From a virus (taxonomy: Duplodnaviria > Caudoviricetes): 38,361 nt of DNA. The notes under the pieces are model-generated. The model was given only the letters and a program-made list of their open reading frames with translations, was not told the origin of the DNA and made no database searches. Positions 27,799 to 36,868 of the stretch are shown one piece after another. The first letter of the stretch is position 1; the number at the start of each line of letters is the position of its first letter. Made by a program: the position numbers and the translations under genes. The DNA lies in IMG/VR virus record IMGVR_UViG_3300048857_000052, positions 1 through 38,361 of that record; one strand, given 5' to 3'.

Positions 27799-28880
27799 CC
27801 GAGTGGCGCTACATCGCCCAGGCGATCCCCTCCGGGGAGTTCTTGGACTGGGAGCTGCCGCTGGACGACGTCGAGATCACCCGGGTGCTGTCCGGCCCGG
27901 GCCGGCTGACCGCGACCATCCCGGCTGCGCTCCCCCGCCTGGCCGACGTGCTGCGCCCGTTCGGCACCGCCATCTGGGCCGAGGCATCCGGCACGATCCG
28001 CGGCGGCGGCATCCTGACCCCGTGGTCCGTGGAGGACCAGCGGCTGCAGCTGGACTGCATGGGCATCGCCGGCATCCCCGCCGGCCAGCCGTGGACCGCG
28101 AACCAGGAGACCTACGTCCAGCGCGACCCGCTCGACGTCGTGCGCGACATCTGGGCGCACCTGCAGGCCCAGCCCGACGGGAACATGGGCGTGGTCGTGG
28201 ACTCCACGAAGAGCCTCGCCCGGGTCGGCAACCCGGCGTCTAAGGACTCCACGGGCAAGGTCACCCCGGCCGAGCCGCTGTCGCTGGACTGGTGGTCTAC
28301 GCACGACCTGGGCCGGGTGATCGACGACCTGGCCGAGCAGGCTCCGTTCGACTACCTCGAGCACACCGCCTGGTCGGGTGAGCGGCTCGCGCACCGCATC
28401 CGCCTGGGCTACCCGACCATCGGGCAGCGCAAGACCGGCCCGACCGCCCCGCGGTTCGCCCTCGGGGAGAACGTCACCGTCGTGCCGCAGCTGTCCGCCG
28501 AGGACGACGACTACGCCTCGGACATCCTCTCGCTGGGCGCCGGCGAGGGCCGAGCCATGAAGCGCGGCCCGGTCGTGCGCCGGCCCGGACGCGGCCTGCG
28601 CCGCGTCGCAGTCGTGATCGACAAGAACGCCACCACCAGCGAGCAGCTCGGCTCCCTGGCCCGCCAGCGGCTCGGTCTGCTGGACGGTCAGCCGCGGCTG
28701 CACACCCTCACCGTCATCGACCACCCGCACGCCCGCATCGGCACGTTCGCCGAGGGGGACGAGATCTTCGTCTCCGGCGCCAGCGGCTGGACGGTCCTGG
28801 ACCGGTGGGTGCGGATCGTCGAGTTCGCCATCCGACCTGACCAGGGCGACCGGGTCACCATCACCGTGCAGGAGGTCTGA
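27795..28880 (+). CDS. Minor tail (baseplate hub / Tal-like) protein
   Basis: WRYIAQ, LSGPGRL, IRGGGIL, LGAGEG motifs; GTGA overlap. Confidence 0.8.
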   Translation: MTEWRYIAQAIPSGEFLDWELPLDDVEITRVLSGPGRLTATIPAALPRLADVLRPFGTAIWAEASGTIRGGGILTPWSVEDQRLQLDCMGIAGIPAGQPWTANQETYVQRDPLDVVRDIWAHLQAQPDGNMGVVVDSTKSLARVGNPASKDSTGKVTPAEPLSLDWWSTHDLGRVIDDLAEQAPFDYLEHTAWSGERLAHRIRLGYPTIGQRKTGPTAPRFALGENVTVVPQLSAEDDDYASDILSLGAGEGRAMKRGPVVRRPGRGLRRVAVVIDKNATTSEQLGSLARQRLGLLDGQPRLHTLTVIDHPHARIGTFAEGDEIFVSGASGWTVLDRWVRIVEFAIRPDQGDRVTITVQEV

Positions 28881-28885
28881 GCCCC

Positions 28886-31800
28886 GTGGCCGAACCCCAC
28901 GCGATCCGCCGGCTGGCAGGACTGCTGAACTCCCTGCAGCGCGACGTGCGCGCCCTGCAGACCGCGCCGCGCCTCGGCATGTCCTCGATCGAGGGCGGGA
29001 GCATCGACGCCTACGACGAGGCCGGGAACCTCATCGGGCGCGTCGGGCAGCAGCACGACGGCACGAACGGCGCCGTCGCGCTCGACGGGCCGCCGCCGCC
29101 CCGTGCGACGGCGCCGACGACAGCCGTCGGGCCGCTCGCGCTCACCGTGACGTGGGACGGGCTCGTGCTCGACGAGGAGGGCCTCGCCCGCCCGTTGCCG
29201 CTCGACTTCGAGGCCGTGCAGGTGCTCGCCCGCATGGGCGAGGACCCGATGCCGGCCGACGTCGTCGGCGTCATCACCTCGCAGGCCGGCGGGTCGAAGA
29301 CGCTCACGATGGAGAAGGGCACCTGGCACGTCGCGCTGCGCACGCGTGCGACGACTGGCCGCATGGCCGAGCAGCTCTCGGACGTGGCCGTCGCCGAAGT
29401 GCCCGGCGCCGTGGACGAGGCGTGGTCGGAGCAGATGGAGGCCGACCTCGCCGCGCTCGACAAGGCGCTCTCCGATGCGTCCGCGGAGCTGCACGGCCTC
29501 GCCGACGACCTCGACCGCCGGCTGACGACGGCGGAGACGGGCCTCACTGCCGCCGAGGGCCGGCTGACGACGGCCGAGGGGCAGGTCGCCGCCGCGGTGC
29601 GGGACGCCGGCGACGCGGTCGAGCTCGCCTCGGCCGCCGCCGGCGATGTCGCGGGCGTGCCGCGCATCATCCATGCGACCCGCGCGCCGACGACGAACGA
29701 CAAGGCGCCGCAGCGCTCGACGTGGTTCCAGCACCGCCCCGTGACCGGCGACGCGACGAGCCTCGCCGGCCCGGTCATCGCGCAGTACGCACAGGCGGCC
29801 GACGCCGTCGACGGGAACGTGTGGGTGTCGTCGCAGCTCGCGAACGACGTCCTCGCCGGCCTCGACGTCGGCAAGCTCACCGCCGGCTCGGCCGAGGTCG
29901 TCGAGCTCGTCGCGAAGAAGATCGCCGCAGCGACGGCCGCCTTCCAGCGCGTCGACGCCGGGAACCTCTTCGTCACCGAGACGGCGACGATCGCGACGGC
30001 CGTCGCGCAGGCGATCTACGCGGCGAAGATCGCCGCGCAGCGCATCCTCGCCTCGGAAGTACTGATCGGCGGGCCGGTCAACCTCATGCCGGGCGGAGCG
30101 GGCGAGTACGGCGCCGCGGCAGGCGTCATCCCGCCGTCGCTCACCTGGGACCCGACCGACGTACCGCCCGGGTCTGGCCTGCCAGGGTCGTTCCGCACGG
30201 CGGCGGGAGAGGGCACGCGCGGCTCGACCGGCGTCGAGTGGGACGTGACCCCGGGGGCCGAGTACCGCTTCGAGATGTGGCTCAAGGCCGACAAGCCGAA
30301 CAGCCGCCTCTATGTCGAGCTGCGGGACCAGGCGGGCGCGCACGGTGCCGAGTTGTCTGCGATCGCGGGAGAGACGTTCGCCGGCAGCAGCACCTACCCC
30401 GTCTCCAACTACGTCGTGCCAACGACGTGGACGAAGGTCACCGCGCTGGCGAAGGCGCGACCCGAGACGAACAAGCTCCGCCTCGGGTCGCTCTACTTCA
30501 ACCACCCGAACGGCGCCGAGCGGGGCGCGACCGTCTCGATCGCCGGCCTCCGCATGCGACCCATGACCGGCGCGGCGCTGATCGTTGACGGCGACATCCT
30601 GACCCGGCACCTCGCGTCTCTCGCCGTCACGACCGAGAAGCTCGACGCGCTCGCCGTGACGGCCGCGAAGATCGCCGCGAACGCGATCGTGGCGGACAAG
30701 ATCGCCGCCGGCGCAGTGACGGCCGGGAAGCTCGAGGCCGCGCTCGCGCTGCTGACCCGGATCATCGCTGGCGACCCGACCGGGACGCACGCCGAGATGA
30801 ACCCGAGTGGGTTCTACGTCTACAAGGCCGACCCGCTCGGCGGGCCCCCGCTCGTGGTCGTGCGCCTCGGCGTGGCCGAGACGAACGACTACCTTGCCGT
30901 GACGAACGCCGAGGGCGAGACGCTCGCGACGGTCGACGAGCAGGGCCGCGGCACGTTCCAAGACCTCAACGTCCCGGGCACGCTGACCCTCGCCGGGGAC
31001 AACCTGGCCGACATCCTGAACCAGTACCCCTACGGCACGATCGCCAAGACGACGCTGAACGGCGACGTCGTGTTCTCGAGCACGTCAGGGCGGCTGCTGA
31101 CCTCGAACTTCACCATCCCCGGGACCGGGCCGCGGCAGATCCGCGTCCGGCTCACGGCGACGATCGAGCGGCTGACGTCCGGCGGGCCGCTGCCGGTCGC
31201 GTTCGACCTCAAGCGCAGCGTCAACGGCACCGTCACGAGCGGGAACAGCACCGTCAAGACGTTCCGCACGACGACCGACAGCGTCAGCCACAACACCTAC
31301 TACATCGAGTGGGAGTTCAACAGCGCCGAGCTCGACGCCGTATCGGTCGGCGGAGCGGAGATGTCGATCGGCATCTGGGCGCGCACGTCGACCGGCAACA
31401 ACGTCCGGATCCTGTCGAGCAACTCCGGCCGCTCGGACAGCACCGGAGTCGAGACGGCGCTCGTAATCGAGGACCTGGGCCCGGGCATCGACACCAGCCG
31501 GCAGACCGGCACGAGCACGGAGCAGAGCGGCTCGAGCGACGGCTCCGGCTCGTCCGGCCAGGCGACCCGCACCCAGACCTGGGACGCGAGCTGGAACGCC
31601 AACTACAAGGCCGGCGGCGCGCTACATGCGACGAACGAGGGCCGGGCGCACCAGGGCTACCTGGCGTCCAACCCGAGGCGCATGAGCCAGGTCGGCTTCC
31701 CGGCCATGGCCAGCACGCTGTCGGGCTCGAGGATCAACTGGATCGAGGTCTACGTCTACTTCGCGCACTGGTTCTACAACGCCGGCGGAACAGCCGTGAT

Positions 31801-32038
31801 CGGCGTCCACCGCAACGCCAGCGCGCCGAACACCTACTCGAACCAGGTCGACGACGTCGTGCGCAAGGCGCTGCCCAAGCCGGGCGGCGCGTGGGTACGG
31901 CTCCCGTCGTCGGTGCACGCCGGCTTCCTGTCCGGCTCGTACCGCGGCATCACCCTCCGGGCGCCGGGTGACTCCACCTCGGCCGCCTACTACGGCTACG
32001 CGACCGTGGCCAAGATCCGCGTCAACTACACGAAGTGA
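28886..32038 (+). CDS. Large tail fibre / receptor-binding protein
   Basis: 1050 aa; coiled-coil RLTTAE repeats, AVTA.KI repeats, a CBM-like beta domain and a C-terminal beta-rich domain. Confidence 0.8.
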   Translation: MAEPHAIRRLAGLLNSLQRDVRALQTAPRLGMSSIEGGSIDAYDEAGNLIGRVGQQHDGTNGAVALDGPPPPRATAPTTAVGPLALTVTWDGLVLDEEGLARPLPLDFEAVQVLARMGEDPMPADVVGVITSQAGGSKTLTMEKGTWHVALRTRATTGRMAEQLSDVAVAEVPGAVDEAWSEQMEADLAALDKALSDASAELHGLADDLDRRLTTAETGLTAAEGRLTTAEGQVAAAVRDAGDAVELASAAAGDVAGVPRIIHATRAPTTNDKAPQRSTWFQHRPVTGDATSLAGPVIAQYAQAADAVDGNVWVSSQLANDVLAGLDVGKLTAGSAEVVELVAKKIAAATAAFQRVDAGNLFVTETATIATAVAQAIYAAKIAAQRILASEVLIGGPVNLMPGGAGEYGAAAGVIPPSLTWDPTDVPPGSGLPGSFRTAAGEGTRGSTGVEWDVTPGAEYRFEMWLKADKPNSRLYVELRDQAGAHGAELSAIAGETFAGSSTYPVSNYVVPTTWTKVTALAKARPETNKLRLGSLYFNHPNGAERGATVSIAGLRMRPMTGAALIVDGDILTRHLASLAVTTEKLDALAVTAAKIAANAIVADKIAAGAVTAGKLEAALALLTRIIAGDPTGTHAEMNPSGFYVYKADPLGGPPLVVVRLGVAETNDYLAVTNAEGETLATVDEQGRGTFQDLNVPGTLTLAGDNLADILNQYPYGTIAKTTLNGDVVFSSTSGRLLTSNFTIPGTGPRQIRVRLTATIERLTSGGPLPVAFDLKRSVNGTVTSGNSTVKTFRTTTDSVSHNTYYIEWEFNSAELDAVSVGGAEMSIGIWARTSTGNNVRILSSNSGRSDSTGVETALVIEDLGPGIDTSRQTGTSTEQSGSSDGSGSSGQATRTQTWDASWNANYKAGGALHATNEGRAHQGYLASNPRRMSQVGFPAMASTLSGSRINWIEVYVYFAHWFYNAGGTAVIGVHRNASAPNTYSNQVDDVVRKALPKPGGAWVRLPSSVHAGFLSGSYRGITLRAPGDSTSAAYYGYATVAKIRVNYTK

Positions 32039-32046
32039 GGGAACCC

Positions 32047-32436
32047 ATGAGCACGGAGCAACTCGACGACCAGACCGACGAGACGACGGTCCTCCCGGTC
32101 GAGGGCAGCGCGCCGGCCACCGGTCCGGCCGAGGCCGAGCCCGAGCAGGGCGAGGCCGCGACGCCGCCCCCGACGAGCGACGTGCCGGTCCCCGTCTCGG
32201 CCCTGTTCAAGACGGCCGCCATCGTCCAGCGCGACACGTGGTTCCACGAGCGCGTGATGGCCGCGTGCTGGGCCGTGGGGATCGAGTACAACCAACTCGT
32301 CCTGCGGAAGGTCGCCTCCGCCAAGGCCGTCACCGACGCCACCGTCGTCGACGCCCTCGGCCAGGTGAACACCTTCGGCGTCTCGGACGAGGCGATCATG
32401 GCCGCGGTCGAGGCCTACGCCTCCGCCGCGGCATAG
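32047..32436 (+). CDS. Hypothetical protein (possible fibre chaperone)
   Basis: GAGGGA RBS; VSDEAIMAAV C-terminus; follows the tail fibre. Confidence 0.65.
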   Translation: MSTEQLDDQTDETTVLPVEGSAPATGPAEAEPEQGEAATPPPTSDVPVPVSALFKTAAIVQRDTWFHERVMAACWAVGIEYNQLVLRKVASAKAVTDATVVDALGQVNTFGVSDEAIMAAVEAYASAAA

Positions 32437-32444
32437 GGGGGCGC

Positions 32445-32888
32445 GTGAGCGAGCGCTTCGGCAACATCCCGCCGGCGGTGAAGCGGGCGTTCTGGTGGCT
32501 GTCGCTGCTGGCCTATCTGATCCTCGCCGCGTGCGGGCTGATCGGGCTGACCTGGCCGCGGGTCGGCATGACCCCGGTCGAGTGGTTCACGGCCCGGACC
32601 GCCGGCGTGGTGATGTTCGCCTCGGCGCTGCTGTGCGCCGTGTCGTACCCGGTGCACCGGTGGCGGTGGGAGCTGCTCGGGTCGTGGGCGGTCGGCACGG
32701 CCACCGCGGTCTACGTCCTGGTGATCCTGTCCGTGGCGCCGTTCGCCGACCGCGGCCTGCTGGTCCTGGGCTGGGCCCTGGTCGTCATCGGCGTCTACTG
32801 CCGCGGCTTGCAGCTCATCGCGTTCGGCAGGAAGACCACGCGCGCCCGCGAGCACGCCCTCGAGGAGGCCTCGGACGGGGAGGGCTAG
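32445..32888 (+). CDS. Membrane protein (4 TM), lysis-associated
   Basis: Four hydrophobic helices; upstream of the endolysin. Confidence 0.7.
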   Translation: MSERFGNIPPAVKRAFWWLSLLAYLILAACGLIGLTWPRVGMTPVEWFTARTAGVVMFASALLCAVSYPVHRWRWELLGSWAVGTATAVYVLVILSVAPFADRGLLVLGWALVVIGVYCRGLQLIAFGRKTTRAREHALEEASDGEG

Positions 32889-33167
32889 ATGCACGACACC
32901 GGCTCCCTCACCGTCTCCCTGCTGCAGCTGCTGATCCTGCTGCTCGTCGGCTCCGGCGCGACCGGCGGCGTGGTCGGCATCATCACGACCCAGCGGTCCA
33001 AGCGCGCCGAGGTCCACGCCGACGAGCGCAAGGCCAAGGCCCAGATGAACGAGGACGCCCAGGCACGCTTCCTCGTCGCCCTGGACTACATCCACGTCCT
33101 GCGCCGCCAGGTCGTCAACCTCGGGGGCGACCCGCATCCGTTCCCGGACGAGCTCACGCACGTCTGA
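32889..33167 (+). CDS. Membrane protein (1 TM plus coiled coil), lysis-associated
   Basis: GGAGGG RBS; N-terminal TM; YIHVLR...G.DP tail. Confidence 0.7.
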   Translation: MHDTGSLTVSLLQLLILLLVGSGATGGVVGIITTQRSKRAEVHADERKAKAQMNEDAQARFLVALDYIHVLRRQVVNLGGDPHPFPDELTHV

Positions 33168-33233
33168 CCCACATCACCCAGGCCCGCACCGACCCGATCG
33201 GCGCGGGCCTTCGTCATGCCCAGGAGGCACCAC

Positions 33234-34184
33234 ATGGCCGCGACGAAGACCTTCGGCGGCGGGAAGTACCTCAACGGCCAGTGCCCGCCCGCGCTGCTGG
33301 CCGAGCTGACACCGTCCGGCAAGCACGGCACCAGCGGCACGTCCAAGGCCTACCTGCGAGCCGACGGCGCCGCGTCCTGGAACCGAGCGATCGCCGACGT
33401 CGAACGGCGCACCGGCCTCGTGCTGACGGTGCGCGGCTGGAACCGCAGCCTCGCCGAGCAGGAGCGGTTCTTCTTCGAGCGCTACGAGGTTCGCTGGACC
33501 GGCGCCGGCCCGTTCAACGACGTGCGCTGGTACAAGCTCAAGCGCTACGTGCGCGTGCGCGGCGCCAGCGCCGCGATCCCCGGCCGCTCGAACCATGGCT
33601 GGGCGCTCGCGGTCGACGTCAACGACTTCGGCGGCGTGGGCGAGTTCGACAACGCCCGCCGGCGCCTGGCCTTCCCGATCCTCGCCGAGCACGGCTGGAC
33701 CGACACCGAGGGCCGCCAAGAGCACGTCAACGAGCCCTGGCACCTCGTCTACGACCCCACCAAGGACAAGAACCGGGGCCAGGCGGCCCCCACCACCGAG
33801 GAGGACGACATGACCCCCGAGCAGGCCCGCCAGCTCGCGAACGTCGAGAACATGGTCGCCCGGCTCGCCCAGCTCGCGCCGGGGATGAAGGGGCGCGGCG
33901 AGCAGGGCCCGCTGTGGCCCAGCCTTAAGCGCGTGCTCGACGGCTTCCCCGACCTGCTGCGCAACGCCGTGCTGCTCGGCCGGCTGCGGCCCGGCAAGTC
34001 CGGCGTCGGCGAGCAGGGCGACCTGTGGCCGCTCGTGCAGACCGCGCTCAGCGCCCCCGCCGGCGACGCGGAAGTCGACGTCGAGCAGCTCGCGCAGGCC
34101 CTCGCCGACGCGCTGCCGGCCAAGGACGCCGAGGCCATCGCCAAGCGCACCGCCGACATCATCGCCGCACGGATGAAGGGCTGA
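33234..34184 (+). CDS. Endolysin, M15 (VanY-like) peptidase domain
   Basis: RSLAEQ, AAIPGRSNHGWALAVD (SxHxxxxAxD) and EPWH motifs; AGGAGG RBS. Confidence 0.9.
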   Translation: MAATKTFGGGKYLNGQCPPALLAELTPSGKHGTSGTSKAYLRADGAASWNRAIADVERRTGLVLTVRGWNRSLAEQERFFFERYEVRWTGAGPFNDVRWYKLKRYVRVRGASAAIPGRSNHGWALAVDVNDFGGVGEFDNARRRLAFPILAEHGWTDTEGRQEHVNEPWHLVYDPTKDKNRGQAAPTTEEDDMTPEQARQLANVENMVARLAQLAPGMKGRGEQGPLWPSLKRVLDGFPDLLRNAVLLGRLRPGKSGVGEQGDLWPLVQTALSAPAGDAEVDVEQLAQALADALPAKDAEAIAKRTADIIAARMKG

Positions 34185-34187
34185 CCC

Positions 34188-34742
34188 ATGATCCTCACCG
34201 CCGCCTTCTGGCGCGCCGCCGGGCTGCGCGCCCTCTACACCGTCCTCGCCGCCGCCCTGCCGCTCATCGCGCCGCTCGTCGGCGTGTCCGACCTGCGGAC
34301 CGTCCTCGAGGCGGTCGTCGGCCTCGCGTTCGCCGCCCTCGCCTCGCTCGTCACGTCGCTGCTCAACCTCCCCGAGGCCGGCGGTGGCCGCAGCCGGTGG
34401 GCGGCGATCCTCGACCGCGTCGTGCGCAGCTTCGCCCAGGTGCTCGCCGCGGTGCTCGCGGCCGCCGCGACGTTCGGCGACGTCGACTGGGCCGCGGTCC
34501 TCGTCCAGGCCGGCGCCGCCGCGCTCGTCACCCTGATCCGCGTCATCATTGCCGCGCTGCCGGAGGACATTACAGCCACGCCGGCAGTCGGCGACCGTGT
34601 CGTGACCTCCGACGGCGTGCACGGGGTGCTCCTCGAACCCGCGACGGATGCTGCCGGTGCAACGTTCGCCGCCGTCCTGCCGGACGACGAGAACCGCGGC
34701 ACCTGGTTCGGCCCCACGCGGGACGTCACGCGCGTGCCGTGA
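34188..34742 (+). CDS. Holin (two r1t-like repeats plus a soluble tail)
   Basis: FWRAAGLRALYT and DRVVRSFAQVL...VDW resemble r1t holin; directly after the endolysin. Confidence 0.8.
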   Translation: MILTAAFWRAAGLRALYTVLAAALPLIAPLVGVSDLRTVLEAVVGLAFAALASLVTSLLNLPEAGGGRSRWAAILDRVVRSFAQVLAAVLAAAATFGDVDWAAVLVQAGAAALVTLIRVIIAALPEDITATPAVGDRVVTSDGVHGVLLEPATDAAGATFAAVLPDDENRGTWFGPTRDVTRVP

Positions 34743-34753
34743 CCACAGCGGAA

Positions 34754-34785
34754 AGCCCCCGCCTCCCACAAGGGAGGCGGGGGCT
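34754..34785. terminator. Bidirectional intrinsic terminator
   Basis: Perfect 14-bp stem AGCCCCCGCCTCCC-ACAA-GGGAGGCGGGGGCT between convergent genes. Confidence 0.85.
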
Positions 34786-34798
34786 CTTCAGCGTGCTG

Positions 34799-35314
34799 TC
34801 AGCTCTGGGGCACGACGCCGTTGCAGGAGGCGATGGAGTACGAGCCGGTCGAGGTGTTCTCGCTGATGGTCACGCCGTCGACCTTGATGCGGCAGGTGAT
34901 GGTGGAACCGTTCTCGATCTGCGCCGAGATGTAGAGCGGCTCACCCGGCGTCGCCTTGAAGCCGAAGCTTCCGCCGCCTTCCGTCTGCAGCGGCAGGTCG
35001 GGATTTTGCTGCACCGTCCCGGTAGGAGTGCTCGCAGTCATCGAGAAGTACGTGCCGTTGCCGGTCACCTCGTAGACGACCTGGCGCAGCGAGGCGATGG
35101 CCTCCGCGCGCTCCTCGCGCTCGGCGCGCTCGTCGGCGGCCGCCTGGCAGCTGGCCATCCCAATCAAGAGTCCGATGATCGCCGCGGCGCCGCCGAGCAC
35201 GATCAGCAGTCGGATGCCCACCGGCTTCCGGGCGAACCACGACGGCATGTCTTCGTTCGCGGGCGCCGGCGGTGTCGGCGCGTCGGTCATCGGCTCATGT
35301 CCCCCTGTAGTCAT
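34799..35314 (-). CDS. MmpS-like membrane-anchored protein
   Basis: One TM then VVYEVTG...ITCRIKVDG..ISEN......ASC. Start at 35314 (leaderless) or 35290. Confidence 0.75.
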   Translation of the reverse strand: MTTGGHEPMTDAPTPPAPANEDMPSWFARKPVGIRLLIVLGGAAAIIGLLIGMASCQAAADERAEREERAEAIASLRQVVYEVTGNGTYFSMTASTPTGTVQQNPDLPLQTEGGGSFGFKATPGEPLYISAQIENGSTITCRIKVDGVTISENTSTGSYSIASCNGVVPQS

Positions 35315-35324
35315 GCCGCGCAGC

Positions 35325-36194
35325 CTAGCTACGGGTGCCTCCAAGGTGGGATCCAGCGTCGGGTGAAGCGGCTCCGGCCCTCGCAGCTCGCGCAGCCCGG
35401 TGCGCCCGCCCTTCCTTTGCAAGCCGCCGGTACGCGCTGTCACGCTTCAGCCCGATCGCTGTGGGGAGGAGCCTCCCCGAGGCCTCGAGTTCGCGGGCGA
35501 TTCCTCTCAGCCGCGTCCGACGGCGCCGCTCGACGTCGAATCTGTCGTCTGCCATCGCGGCAAGGAGCAGCATCCTGAGCGCAACGCCGAGCCACGCGTC
35601 GTGCGTTCCGACGGACGGCTCGACGAGGAATCCGACGCCGGCCGGGCCGTCAGCGGGGAGCACGTACCTGTCGGCGACAGCCGTCGACGAGTGACTGTCG
35701 GCGCTGATGATCCGCCACATCGTGTACGCCTGCATCGCGCCCTCTAGGTCCTCACACCGCTCGTAGAAGCGACGGCCGACGTTCTTCTGGGTGCGCTCAA
35801 GATTGTCGACGTACTGCTGCGTGAGCCGCCTCGACTCCTCATCCACGTCGCCCACGTGCTTCACGTAGTCGTCGAGCGCGTTCTTCCGGTTGAGCGCCTG
35901 TTCCCCCGCCAGCGCGTCGACGGCGCGCATGCCGAACGTCTCTACCCATGCGGCCGTGATGGAGCACTCGATCAGTTGGCGAACCAGCGGCGCGCAGGCG
36001 AGGTGCAGGCCAGCATCGTCGAGGACCCGGATCGCGCGGGCAAGGTGGTGGCAGTGCGCCGTCATCCCGTGCACAACGACCGAGATCGCATGGTGCTCGC
36101 GGATCCGCATCGAGATGCTCGGCGCGGTCCTCGGCCAAGAGTCGACCAGCTCGTCGATGAGCGTCCGCACTGCCTGGGGATCCGGAGTCGTCAT
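35325..36194 (-). CDS. DUF5677-like (HEPN-like) protein
   Basis: A..LVRQLIE...AW and Y..WRIISADSH (Rx6H) motifs; TACGGT -10 box 6 nt before ATG. Confidence 0.65.
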   Translation of the reverse strand: MTTPDPQAVRTLIDELVDSWPRTAPSISMRIREHHAISVVVHGMTAHCHHLARAIRVLDDAGLHLACAPLVRQLIECSITAAWVETFGMRAVDALAGEQALNRKNALDDYVKHVGDVDEESRRLTQQYVDNLERTQKNVGRRFYERCEDLEGAMQAYTMWRIISADSHSSTAVADRYVLPADGPAGVGFLVEPSVGTHDAWLGVALRMLLLAAMADDRFDVERRRRTRLRGIARELEASGRLLPTAIGLKRDSAYRRLAKEGRAHRAARAARAGAASPDAGSHLGGTRS

Positions 36195-36240
36195 GCGCAG
36201 ACCGTAGCGAGCGTCCCCACGGGGCTGGGCCGCCGACACA

Positions 36241-36867
36241 TCAGCGGTGCCGCGCGAGCGTCGCGCGGATGCTGGCCAGCGTCTCGGGGCGGGCGGGGTT
36301 CGCGGCGGCGTGCGCCGCCTCGTCGACGAGCTGCTGCTGCACGGTCGACGGCGCGGGACGCACACCCCACCGGGGTGCGCCCGTCTTCTTCCGAGAGGAA
36401 GGAGAAGCAAGCCAGGTTGTCAGGTTGGGAGCGCCGCCGGGGCGGGCGGCACGGGCTCGGGTGCGGGCGTCCTTCGCCGCGCGGGCGCCGGGCAGCATCG
36501 CGATCAGCGCGGCCTTCGAGAGTCGCAGGAGGGACGCCACGCCGCGCAGGCCGTGGCGGGCGCCGCGGCGCAGCTGCGCGAGAAGGCCGGCGTCCTGCAG
36601 CCAGGTGCGGGCGCGGATGATCGTGCTCACTGACAGGCCAGCGCGCTCGGCGGCCTGGGCGTCGGTGACCTCGGCGACACCGGTGCGTGCGTCGACGATG
36701 CGGCCGAGGGTCAGGAGGTAGGTCCGCACGGACTGCGGGGCGTTGCGGAGGTCGCCCCATCCGGAGGCGGCGAGGGTGTCGACGATGCGCCAGGAAGGCG
36801 CGTGCGCGTTGACGCGCACCGGGGGCGGGGTCAGCACCGCGCCCCCGCTATGCTGCGGGGTAGCCAT
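36241..36867 (-). CDS. Winged-HTH protein, replication-initiator-like
   Basis: VTDAQAAERAGLSVSTIIRARTWLQDAGLL resembles HTH_36/RepA-type wHTH. Confidence 0.7.
   Translation of the reverse strand: MATPQHSGGAVLTPPPVRVNAHAPSWRIVDTLAASGWGDLRNAPQSVRTYLLTLGRIVDARTGVAEVTDAQAAERAGLSVSTIIRARTWLQDAGLLAQLRRGARHGLRGVASLLRLSKAALIAMLPGARAAKDARTRARAARPGGAPNLTTWLASPSSRKKTGAPRWGVRPAPSTVQQQLVDEAAHAAANPARPETLASIRATLARHR
36359..36432. repeat. Diverged direct repeat, copy A
   Basis: Shares CGCACACCCC-N3-GGGGTGCG, GTCTTC, GGAGAAG, GCCA and an identical TGTCAGGTTGGGAGC with 37989-38065. Confidence 0.85.
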
Positions 36868-36868
36868 G

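Noticed and set aside
29518-29582. Tandem CGGCTGACGACGGC repeats as a possible DGR or CRISPR feature
   Set aside because: They are coding heptad repeats (RLTTAE); no reverse transcriptase, spacers or cas genes are present.
28688-30961. 757-aa minus-strand ORF and similar long Arg/Pro-rich alternative-frame ORFs
   Set aside because: Shadow frames of the tail fibre and other real genes; no motifs or RBS.
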